This document shows positions 42,201 through 54,869 of a stretch of 64,000 nt of DNA, piece by piece. Under the pieces are notes generated by a model that had not been told where the DNA came from, made no database searches, and worked only from the letters and a program-made list of their open reading frames with translations. The stretch covers positions 23,684,001 to 23,748,000 of the forward strand of contig OZ059894.1 in NCBI GenBank assembly GCA_964057225.1, written 5' to 3'. Each line of letters opens with the position of its first letter. The first letter of the stretch is position 1. The stretch comes from Auanema rhodensis (Eukaryota; Animalia; Nematoda). The position numbers were made by a program, and so were the translations under genes.

Positions 42201-45200
42201 TGTCTATATTAGTCTAAAAACAAATTTTTATTGATATTGGTTCATGGTAACCATGACTTTGAAATTTACGTGAACTTTAATTTATGCTAATTAAATGTAC
42301 ACGTGATGTGCACTTGGTATGTAACTCGCTTCACGTGAAAGATAAAGAGATGCGGTTTTCAAAATTAGATTCCCCATGTCCATATTAGTCTAAAAACAAA
42401 TTTGTATTGATATTGGTTCATGGTAACCATGTCTTTGAAATTTACGTGAACTTTAATTTATGCTAATTAAATGTACACGTGATGTGCTCTTGGTATGTAA
42501 CTCGCTTCACGTGAAAGATAAAAAGATGCGGTTTTCAAAATTAGATTCCCCATGTCCATATTAGTCTAAAAACAAATTTTTATTGATATTGGTTCATGGT
42601 AACCATGACTTTGAAATTTACGTGAACTTTAATTTATGCTAATTAAATGTACACGTGATGTGCACTTGGTATGTAACTCGCTTCACGTGAAAGATAAAGA
42701 GATGCGGTTTTCAAAATTAGATTCCCCATGTCCATATTAGTCTAAAAACAAATTTTTATTGATATTGGTTCATGGTAACCATGACTTTGAAATTTACGTG
42801 AACTTTAATTTATGCTAATTAAATGTACACGTGATGTGCACTTGGTATGTAACTCGCTTCACGTGAAAGATAAAGAGATGCGGTTTTCAAAATTAGATTC
42901 CCCATGTCCATATTAGTTTAAACAAACTTTTATTGTTATTGGTTCAAGGTAACCATGACTTTGAATTTTACGTGAACTTTAATTTATGCTAATTAAATGT
43001 ACACGTGATGTGCACTTGGTATGTAACTCGCTTCACGTGAAAGATAAAGAGATGCGGTTTTCAAAATTAGATTCCCCATGTCCATATTAGTCTAAAAACA
43101 AATTTTTATTGATATTGGTTCATGGTAACCATGACTTTGAAATTTACGTGAACTTTAATTTATGCTAATTAAATGTACACGTGATGTGCACTTGGTATGT
43201 AACTCGCTTCACGTGAAAGATAAAGAGATGCGGTTTTCAAAATTAGATTCCCCATGTCTATATTAGTCTAAAAACAAATTTTTATTGATATTGGTTCATG
43301 GTAACCATGACTTTGAAATTTACGTGAACTTTAATTTATGCTAATTAAATGTACACGTGATGTGCACTTGGTATGTAACTCGCTTCACGTGAAAGATAAA
43401 GAGATGCGGTTTTCAAAATTAGATTCCCCATGTCCATATTAGTCTAAAAACAAATTTGTATTGATATTGGTTCATGGTAACCATGTCTTTGAAATTTACG
43501 TGAACTTTAATTTATGCTAATTAAATGTACACGTGATGTGCTCTTGGTATGTAACTCGCTTCACGTGAAAGATAAAACGATGCGGTTTTCAAAATTAGAT
43601 TCCCCATGTCCATATTAGTCTAAAAACAAATTTTTATTGATATTGGTTCATGGTAACCATGACTTTGAAATTTACGTGAACTTTAATTTATGCTAATTAA
43701 ATGTACACGTGATGTGCACTTGGTATGTAACTCGCTTCACGTGAAAGATAAAGAGATGCGGTTTTCAAAATTAGATTCCCCATGTCCATATTAGTCTAAA
43801 AACAAATTTTTATTGATATTGGTTCATGGTAACCATGACTTTGAAATTTACGTGAACTTTAATTTATGCTAATTAAATGTACACGTGATGTGCACTTGGT
43901 ATGTAACTCGCTTCACGTGAAAGATAAAGAGATGCGGTTTTCAAAATTAGATTCCCCATGTCCATATTAGTCTAAAAACAAATTTTTATTGATATTGGTT
44001 CATGGTAACCATGTCTTTGAAATTTACGTGAACTTTAATTTATGCTAATTAAATGTACACGTGATGTGCACTTGGTATGTAACTCGCTTCACGTGAAAGA
44101 TAAAAAGATGCGGTTTTCAAAATTAGATTCCCCATGTCCATATTAGTCTAAAAACAAATTTTTATTGATATTGGTTCATGGTAACCATGACTTTGAAACT
44201 AACGTGAACTTTAATTTATGCTAATTAAATGTACACGTGATGTGCACTTGGTATGTAACTCGCTTCACGTGAAAGATAAAGAGATGCGGTTTTCAAAATT
44301 AGATTCCCCATGTCCATATTAGTCTAAAAACAAATTTTTATTGATATTGGTTCATGGTAACCATGTCTTTGAAATTTACGTGAACTTTAATTTATGCTAA
44401 TTAAATGTACACGTGATGTGCACTTGGTATGTAACTCGCTTCACGTGAAAGATAAAAAGATGCGGTTTTCAAAATTAGATTCCCCATGTCCATATTAGTC
44501 TAAAAACAAATTTTTATTGATATTGGTTCATGGTAACCATGACTTTGAAATTTACGTGAACTTTAATTTATGCTAATTAAATGTACACGTGATGTGCACT
44601 TGGTATGTAACTCGCTTCACGTGAAAGATAAAGAGATGCGGTTTTCAAAATTAGATTCCCCATGTCCATATTAGTCTAAAAACAAATTTTTATTGATATT
44701 GGTTCATGGTAACCATGACTTTGAAATTTACGTGAACTTTAATTTATGCTAATTAAATGTACACGTGATGTGCACTTGGTATGTAACTCGCTTCACGTGA
44801 AAGATAAAGAGATGCGGTTTTCAAAATTAGATTTCCCATGTCCATATTAGTCTAAAAACAAATTTTTATTGATATTGGTGCATGGTAACCATGACTTTGA
44901 AATTTACGTGAACTTTAATTTATGCTAATTAAATGTACACGTGATGTGCACTTGGTATGTAACTTGCTTCACGTGAAAGATAAAGAGATGCGGTTTTCAA
45001 AATTAGATTCCCCATGTCCATATTAGTCTAAAAACAAATTTTTATTGATATTGGTTCATGGTAACCATGACTTTGAAACTTACGTGAACTTTAATTTATG
45101 CTAATTAAATGTACACGTGATGTGCACTTGGTATGTAACTCGCTTCACGTGAAAGATAAAGAGATGCGGTTTTCAAAATTAGATTCCCCATGTCCATATT

Positions 45201-48200
45201 AGTTTAAACAAACTTTTATTGTTATTGGTTCAAGGTAACCATGACTTTGAATTTTACGTGAACTTTAATTTATGCTAATTAAATGTACACGTGATGTGCA
45301 CTTGGTATGTAACTCGCTTCACGTGAAAGATAAAGAGATGCGGTTTTCAAAATTAGATTCCCCATGTCCATATTAGTCTAAAAACAAATTTTTATTGATA
45401 TTGGTTCATGGTAACCATGACTTTGAAATTTACGTGAACTTTAATTTATGCTAATTAAATGTACACGTGATGTGCACTTGGTATGTAACTCGCTTCACGT
45501 AAAAGATAAAGAGATGCGGTTTTCAAAATTAGATTCCCCATGTCTATATTAGTCTAAAAACAAATTTTTATTGATATTGGTTCATGGTAACCATGACTTT
45601 GAAATTTACGTGAACTTTAATTTATGCTAATTAAATGTACACGTGATGTGCACTTGGTATGTAACTCGCTTCACGTGAAAGATAAAGAGATGCGGTTTTC
45701 AAAATTAGATTCCCCATGTCCATATTAGTCTAAAAACAAATTTGTATTGATATTGGTTCATGGTAACCATGTCTTTGAAATTTACGTGAACTTTAATTTA
45801 TGCTAATTAAATGTACACGTGATGTGCTCTTGGTATGTAACTCGCTTCACGTGAAAGATAAAAAGATGCGGTTTTCAAAATTAGATTCCCCATGTCCATA
45901 TTAGTCTAAAAACAAATTTTTATTGATATTGGTTCATGGTAACCATGACTTTGAAATTTACGTGAACTTTAATTTATGCTAATTAAATTTACACGTGATG
46001 TGCACTTGGTATGTAACTCGCTTCACGTGAAAGATAAAGAGATGCGGTTTTCAAAATTAGATTCCCCATGTCCATATTAGTCTAAAAACAAATTTTTATT
46101 GATATTGGTTCATGGTAACCATGACTTTGAAATTTACGTGAACTTTAATTTATGCTAATTAAATGTACACGTGATGTGCACTTGGTATGTAACTCGCTTC
46201 ACGTGAAAGATAAAGAGATGCGGTTTTCAAAATTAGATTCCCCATGTCCATATTAGTCTAAAAACAAATTTTTATTGATATTGGTGCATGGTAACCATGA
46301 CTTTGAAATTTACGTGAACTTTAATTTATGCTAATTAAATGTACACGTGATGTGCACTTGGTATGTAACTTGCTTCACGTGAAAGATAAAGAGATGCGGT
46401 TTTCAAAATTAGATTCCCCATGTCCATATTAGTCTAAAAACAAATTTTTATTGATATTGGTTCATGGTAACCATGACTTTGAAACTTACGTGAACTTTAA
46501 TTTATGCTAATTAAATGTACACGTGATGTGCACTTGGTATGTAACTCGCTTCACGTGAAAGATAAAGAGATGCGGTTTTCAAAATTAGATTCCCCATGTT
46601 CATATTAGTCTAAAAACAAATTTTTATTGATATTGGTGCATGGTAACCATGACTTTGAAATTTACGTGAACTTTAATTTATGCTAATTAAATGTACACGT
46701 GATGTGCACTTGGTATGTAACTCGCTTCACGTGAAAGATAAAGAGATGCGGTTTTCAAAATTAGATTCCCCATGTCCATATTAGTCTAAAAACAAATTTT
46801 TATTGTTATTGGTTCATGGTAACCATGACTTTGAAATTTACGTGAACTTTAATTTATGCTAATTAAATGTACACGTGATGTGCACTTGGTATGTAACTCG
46901 CTTCACGTGAAAGATAAAGAGATGCGGTTTTCAAAATTAGATTCCCCATGTCCATATTAGTCTAAAAACAAATTTTTATTGATATTGGTTCATGGTAACC
47001 ATGTCTTTGAAATTTACGTGAACTTTAATTTATGCTAATTAAATGTACACGTGATGTGCACTTGGTATGTGACTCGCTTCACGTGAAAGATAAAGAGATG
47101 CGGTTTTCAAAATTAGATTCCCCATGTCCATATTAGTCTAAAAACAAATTTTTATTGATATTGGTTCATGGTAACCATGACTTTGAAATTTACGTGAACT
47201 TTAATTTATGCTAATTAAATGTACACGTGATGTGCACTTGGTATGTAACTCGCTTCACGTGAAAGATAAAGAGATGCGGTTTTCAAAATTAGATTCCCCA
47301 TGTCCATATTAGTTTAAACAAACTTTTATTGTTATTGGTTCAAGGTAACCATGACTTTGAATTTTACGTGAACTTTAATTTATGCTAATTAAATGTACAC
47401 GTGATGTGCACTTGGTATGTAACTCGCTTCACGTGAAAGATAAAGAGATGCGGTTTTCAAAATTAGATTCCCCATGTCCATATTAGTCTAAAAACAAATT
47501 TTTATTGATATTGGTTCATGGTAACCATTACTTTGAAATTTACGTGAACTTTAATTTATGCTAATTAAATGTACACGTGATGTGCACTTGGTATGTAACT
47601 CGCTTCACGTGAAAGATAAAGAGATGCGGTTTTCAAAATTAGATTCCCCATGTCTATATTAGTCTAAAAACAAATTTTTATTGATATTGGTTCATGGTAA
47701 CCATGACTTTGAAATTTACGTGAACTTTAATTTATGCTAATTAAATGTACACGTGATGTGCACTTGGTATGTAACTCGCTTCACGTGAAAGATAAAGAGA
47801 TGCGGTTTTCAAAATTAGATTCCCCATGTCCATATTAGTCTAAAAACAAATTTTTATTGATATTGGTTCATGGTAACCATGTCTTTGAAATTTACGTGAA
47901 CTTTAATTTATGCTAATTAAATGTACACGTGATGTGCACTTGGTATGTAACTCGCTTCACGTGAAAGATAATGAGATGCGGTTTTCAAAATTAGATTCCC
48001 CATGTCCATATTAGTCTAAAAACAAATTTTTATTGATATTGGTTCATGGTAACCATGACTTGGAAATTTACGTGAACTTTAATTTATGCTAATTAAATGT
48101 ACACGTGATGTGCACTTGGTATGTAACTCGCTTCACGTGAAAGATAAAGAGATGCGGTTTTCAAAATTAGATTCCCCATGTCCATATTAGTCTAAAAACA

Positions 48201-50821
48201 AATTTTTATTGATATTGGTTCATGGTAACCATGACTTTGAAATTTACGTGAACTTTAATTTATGCTAATTAAATGTACACGTGATGTGCACTTGGTATGT
48301 AACTCGCTTCACGTGAAAGATAAAGAGATGCGGTTTTCAAAATTAGATTCCCCATGTCCATATTAGTCTAAAAACAAATTTTTATTGATATTGGTGCATG
48401 GTAACCATGACTTTGAAATTTACGTGAACTTTAATTTATGCTAATTAAATGTACACGTGATGTGCACTTGGTATGTAACTTGCTTCACGTGAAAGATAAA
48501 GAGATGCGGTTTTCAAAATTAGATTCCCCATGTCCATATTAGTCTAAAAACAAATTTTTATTGATATTGGTGCATGGTAACCATGACTTTGAAATTTACG
48601 TGAACTTTAATTTATGCTAATTAAATGTACACGTGATGTGCACTTGGTATGTAACTCGCTTCACGTGAAAGATAAAGAGATGCGGTTTTCAAAATTAGAT
48701 TCCCCATGTCCATATTAGTCTAAAAACAAATTTTTATTGATATTGGTTCATGGTAACCATGTCTTTGAAATTTACGTGAACTTTAATTTATGCTAATTAA
48801 ATGTACACGTGATGTGCACTTGGTATGTAACTCGCTTCACGTGAAAGATAAAGAGATGCGGTTTTCAAAATTAGATTCCCCATGTCCATATTAGTTTAAA
48901 CAAACTTTTATTGTTATTGGTTCAAGGTAACCATGACTTTGAATTTTACGTGAACTTTAATTTATGCTAATTAAATGTACACGTGATGTGCACTTGGTAT
49001 GTAACTTGCTTCACGTGAAAGATAAAGAGATGCGGTTTTCAAAATTAGATTCCCCATGTCCATATTAGTCTAAAAACAAATTTTTATTGATATTGGTTCA
49101 TGGTAACCATGACTTTGAAACTTACGTGAACTTTAATTTATGCTAATTAAATGTACACGTGATGTGCACTTGGTATGTAACTCGCTTCACGTGAAAGATA
49201 AAGAGATGCGGTTTTCAAAATTAGATTCCCCATGTTCATATTAGTCTAAAAACAAATTTTTATTGATATTGGTGCATGGTAACCATGACTTTGAAATTTA
49301 CGTGAACTTTAATTTATGCTAATTAAATGTACACGTGATGTGCACTTGGTATGTAACTCGCTTCACGTGAAAGATAAAGAGATGCGGTTTTCAAAATTAG
49401 ATTCCCCATGTCCATATTAGTCTAAAAACAAATTTTTATTGTTATTGGTTCATGGTAACCATGACTTTGAAATTTACGTGAACTTTAATTTATGCTAATT
49501 AAATGTACACGTGATGTGCACTTGGTATGTAACTCGCTTCACGTGAAAGATAAAGAGATGCGGTTTTCAAAATTAGATTCCCCATGTCCATATTAGTCTA
49601 AAAACAAATTTTTATTGATATTGGTTCATGGTAACCATGTCTTTGAAATTTACGTGAACTTTAATTTATGCTAATTAAATGTACACGTGATGTGCACTTG
49701 GTATGTGACTCGCTTCACGTGAAAGATAAAGAGATGCGGTTTTCAAAATTAGATTCCCCATGTCCATATTAGTCTAAAAACAAATTTTTATTGATATTGG
49801 TTCATGGTAACCATGACTTTGAAATTTACGTGAACTTTAATTTATGCTAATTAAATGTACACGTGATGTGCACTTGGTATGTAACTCGCTTCACGTGAAA
49901 GATAAAGAGATGCGGTTTTCAAAATTAGATTCCCCATGTCCATATTAGTTTAAACAAACTTTTATTGTTATTGGTTCAAGGTAACCATGACTTTGAATTT
50001 TACGTGAACTTTAATTTATGCTAATTAAATGTACACGTGATGTGCACTTGGTATGTAACTCGCTTCACGTGAAAGATAAAGAGATGCGGTTTTCAAAATT
50101 AGATTCCCCATGTCCATATTAGTCTAAAAACAAATTTTTATTGATATTGGTTCATGGTAACCATGACTTTGAAATTTACGTGAACTTTAATTTATGCTAA
50201 TTAAATGTACACGTGATGTGCACTTGGTATGTAACTCGCTTCACGTGAAAGATAAAGAGATGCGGTTTTCAAAATTAGATTCCCCATGTCTATATTAGTC
50301 TAAAAACAAATTTTTATTGATATTGGTTCATGGTAACCATGACTTTGAAATTTACGTGAACTTTAATTTATGCTAATTAAATGTACACGTGATGTGCACT
50401 TGGTATGTAACTCGCTTCACGTGAAAGATAAAGAGATGCGGTTTTCAAAATTAGATTCCCCATGTCCATATTAGTCTAAAAACAAATTTTTATTGATATT
50501 GGTTCATGGTAACCATGTCTTTGAAATTTACGTGAACTTTAATTTATGCTAATTAAATGTACACGTGATGTGCACTTGGTATGTAACTCGCTTCACGTGA
50601 AAGATAAAGAGATGCGGTTTTCAAAATTAGATTCCCCATGTCCATATTAGTCTAAAAACAAATTTTTATTGATATTGGTTCATGGTAACCATGACTTTGA
50701 AATTTACGTGAACTTTAATTTATGCTAATTAAATGTACACGTGATGTGCACTTGGTATGTAACTCGCTTCACGTGAAAGATAAAGAGATGCGGTTTTCAA
50801 AATTAGATTCCCCATGTCCAT

Positions 50822-53800
50822 ATTAGTCTAAAAACAAATTTTTATTGATATTGGTTCATGGTAACGATGACTTTGAAATTTACGTGAACTTTAATTTATG
50901 CTAATTAAATGTACACGTGATGTGCACTTGGTATGTAACTCGCTTCACGTGAAAGATAAAGAGATGCGGTTTTCAAAATTAGATTCCCCATGTCCATATT
51001 AGTCTAAAAACAAATTTTTATTGATATTGGTGCATGGTAATCATGACTTTGAAATTTACGTGAACTTTAATTTATGCTAATTAAATGTACACGTGATGTG
51101 CACTTGGTATGTAACTTGCTTCACGTGAAAGATAAAGAGATGCGGTTTTCAAAATTAGATTCCCCATGTCCATATTAGTCTAAAAACAAATTTTTATTGA
51201 TATTGGTTCATGGTAACCATGTCTTTGAAGTTTACGTGAACTTTAATTTATGCTAATTAAATGTACACGTGATGTGCACTTGGTATGTAACTCGCTTCAC
51301 GTGAAAGATAAAGAGATGCGGTTTTCAAAATTAGATTCCCCATGTCCATATTAGTCTAAAAACAAATTTTTATTGATATTGGTTCATGGTAACCATGTCT
51401 TTGAAATTTACGTGAACTTTAATTTATGCTAATTAAATGTACACGTGATGTGCACTTGGTACGTAACTCGCTTCACGTGAAAGATAAAGAGATGCGGTTT
51501 TCAAAATTAAATTCCCCATGTCCATATTAGTCTAAAAACAAATTTTTATTGATATTGGTTCATGGTAACCATGACTTTGAAATTTACGTGAACTTTAATT
51601 TATGCTAATTAAATGTACACGTGATGTGCACTTGGTATGTAACTCGCTTCACGTGAAAGATAAAGAGATGCGGTTTTCAAAATTAGATTCCCCATGTCCA
51701 TAGTAGTCTAAAAACAAATTTTTATTGTTATTGGTTCATGGTAACCATGACTTTGAAATTTACGTGAACTTTAATTTATGCTAATTAAATGTACACGTGA
51801 TGTGCACTTGGTATGTAACTCGCTTCACGTGAAAGATAAAGAGATGCGGTTTTCAAAATTAGATTCCCCATGTCCATATTAGTCTAAAAACAAATTTTTA
51901 TTGATATTGGTGCATGGTAACCATGACTTTGAAATTTACGTGAACTTTAATTTATGCTAATTAAATGTACACGTGATGTGCACTTGGTATGTAACTCGCT
52001 TCACGTGAAAGATAAAGAGATGCGGTTTTCAAAATTAGATTCCCCATGTCCATATTAGTCTAAAAACAAATTTTTATTGATATTAGTTCATGGTAACCAT
52101 GACTTTGAAATTTACGTGAACTTTAATTTATGCTAATTAAATGTACACGTGATGTGCACTTGGTATGTAACTCGCTTCACGTGAAAGATAAAGAGATGCG
52201 GTTTTCAAAATTAGATTCCCCATGTCCATATTAGTCTAAAAACAAATTTTTATTGATATTGGTGCATGGTAACCATGACTTTGAAATTTACGTGAACTTT
52301 AATTTATGCTAATTAAATGTACACGTGATGTGCACTTGGTATGTAACTCGCTTCACGTGAAAGATAAAGAGATGCGGTTTTCAAAATTAGATTCCCCATG
52401 TCCATATTAGTCTAAAAACAAATTTTTATTGATATTAGTTCATGGTAACCATGTCTTTGAAATTTACGTGAACTTTAATTTATGCTAATTAAATGTACAC
52501 GTGATGTGCACTTGGTATGTAACTTGCTTCACGTGAAAGATAAAGAGATGCGGTTTTCAAAATTAGATTCCCCATGTCCATATTAGTCTAAAAAAAATTT
52601 TTTATTGATATTGGTTCATGGTAACCATGACTTTGAAATTTACGTGAACTTTAATTTATGCTAATTAAATGTACACGTGATGTGCACTTGGTATGTAACT
52701 CGCTTCACGTGAAAGATAAAGAGATGCGGTTTTCAAAATTAGAATCCCCATGTCCATATTAGTCTAAAAACAAATTTTTATTGATATTGGTGCATGGTAA
52801 CCATGACTTTGAAATTTACGTGAACTTTAATTTATGCTAATTAAATGTACACGTGATGTGCACTTGGTATGTAACTCGCTTCACGTGAAAGATAAAGAGA
52901 TGCGGTTTTCAAAATTAGATTCCCCATGTCCATATTAGTCTAAAAACAAATTTTTATTGATATTGGTGCATGGTAACCATGACTTTGAAATTTACGTGAA
53001 CTTTAATTTATGCTAATTAAATGTACACGTGATGTGCACTTGGTATGTAACTCGCTTCACGTGAAAGATAAAGAGATGCGGTTTTCAAAATTAGATTCCC
53101 CATGTCCATATTAGTCTAAAAACAAATTTTTATTGATATTGGTGCATGGTAACCATGACTTTGAAATTTACGTGAACTTTAATTTATGCTAATTAAATGT
53201 ACACGTGATGTGCACTTGGTATGTAACTCGCTTCACGTGAAAGATAAAGAGATGCGGTTTTCAAAATTAGAATCCCCATGTCCATATTAGTCTAAAAACA
53301 AATTTTTATTGATATTAATTCATGGTAACCATGATTTTGAAATTTACGTGAACTTTAATTTATGCTAATTAAATGTACACGTGATGTGCACTTGGTATGT
53401 AACTCGCTTCACGTGAAAGATAAAGAGATGCGGTTTTCAAAATTAGATTCCCCATGTCCATATTAGTCCAAAAACAAATTGTTATTGATATTGGTTCATG
53501 GTATCCATGTCTTTGAAAATTACGTGAACTTTAATTTATGCTAATTAAATGTACACGTGCTGTGCACTTGGTATGTAACTCGCTTCACGTGAAAGATAAA
53601 GAGATGCGGTTTTCAACATTAGATTCCCCATGTCCATATTAGTCTAAAAACAAATTTTTATTGATATTGGTTCATGGTAACCATGACTTTGAAATTTACG
53701 TGAACTTTAATTTATGCTAATTAAATGTACACGTGATGTGCACTTGGTATGTAACTCGCTTCACGTGAAAGATAAAGAGATGCGGTTTTCAAAATTAGAT

Positions 53801-54869
53801 TCCCCATGTCCATATTAGTCTAAAAACAAATTTTTATTGATATTGGTTCATGGTAACCGTGACTTTGAAATTTACGTGAACTTTAATTTATGCTAATTAA
53901 ATGTACACGTGATGTGCACTTGGTATGTAACTCGCTTCACGTGAAAGATAAAGAGATGCGGTTTTCAACATTAGATTCCCCATGTCCATATTAGTCTAAA
54001 AACAAATTTTTATTGATATTGGTGCATGGTAACCATGACTTTGAAATTTACGTGAACTTTAATTTATGCTAATTAAATGTACACGTGATGTGCACTTGGT
54101 ATGTAACTCGCTTCACGTGAAAGACAAAAAGATGCGGTTTTCAAAATTAGATTTCTCATGTCCATATTAGTCTAAAAACGAATTTTTATTGATATTGGTG
54201 CATGGTAACCATGACTTTGAAATTTACGTGAACTTTAATTTATGCTAATTAAATGTACACGTGATGTGCACTTGGTATGTAACTCGCTTCACGTGAAAGA
54301 TAAAGAGATGCGGTTTTCAAAATTAGATTCCCCATGTCCATATTAGTCTAAAAACAAATTTTTATTGATATTGGTGCATAGTAACCATGACTTTGAAATT
54401 TACGTGAACTTTAATTTATGCTAATTAAATGTACACGTGATGTGCACTTGGTATGTAACTCGCTTCACGTGAAAGATAAAGAGATGCGGTTTTCAAAATT
54501 AGATTCCCCATGTCCATATTAGTCTAAAAACAAATTTTTATTGATATTGGTGCATGGTAACCATGACTTTGAAATTTACGTGAACTTTAATTTATGCTAA
54601 TTAAATGTACACGTGATGTGCACTTGGTATGTAACTCGCTTCACGTGAAAGACAAAAAGATGCGGTTTTCAAAATTAGATTCCCCATGTCCGTATTAGTC
54701 TAAAAACAAATTTTTATTGATATTGGTTCATGGTAACCATGACTTTGAAATTTACGTGAACTTTAATTTATGCTAATTAAATGTACACGTGATGTGCACT
54801 TGGTATGTAACTCGCTTCACGTGAAAGATAAAGAGATGCGGTTTTCAAAATTAGATTCCCCATGTCCAT
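50822..54869. repeat. Diverged transition zone between satellite subfamilies
   Basis: Mixed T35/G35 monomers with many private or rare substitutions, e.g. C45G (monomer at 50822), C44T (50998), A57G (51174), T113C (51350), T2G (51702), G32A (52054, 52406), C14A+A17T (52582), seven changes (53462), A46G (53814), A15G (54166), G39A (54342). Boundaries are approximate. Confidence 0.8.

Larger units (their letters stand above)
1..50821. repeat. Satellite subfamily domain A (T35-dominant, GGTTCATGG; contains all 174-bp variant monomers)
   Basis: Most monomers read TTGGTTCATGG. Recurrent diagnostic variants: C120T (usually with T35G), A49T, C174T, A27T, T19G, T21G, G101A, A105T, A116G, G140A, T58C, T84C, and the 174-bp monomer. 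Confidence 0.9.
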
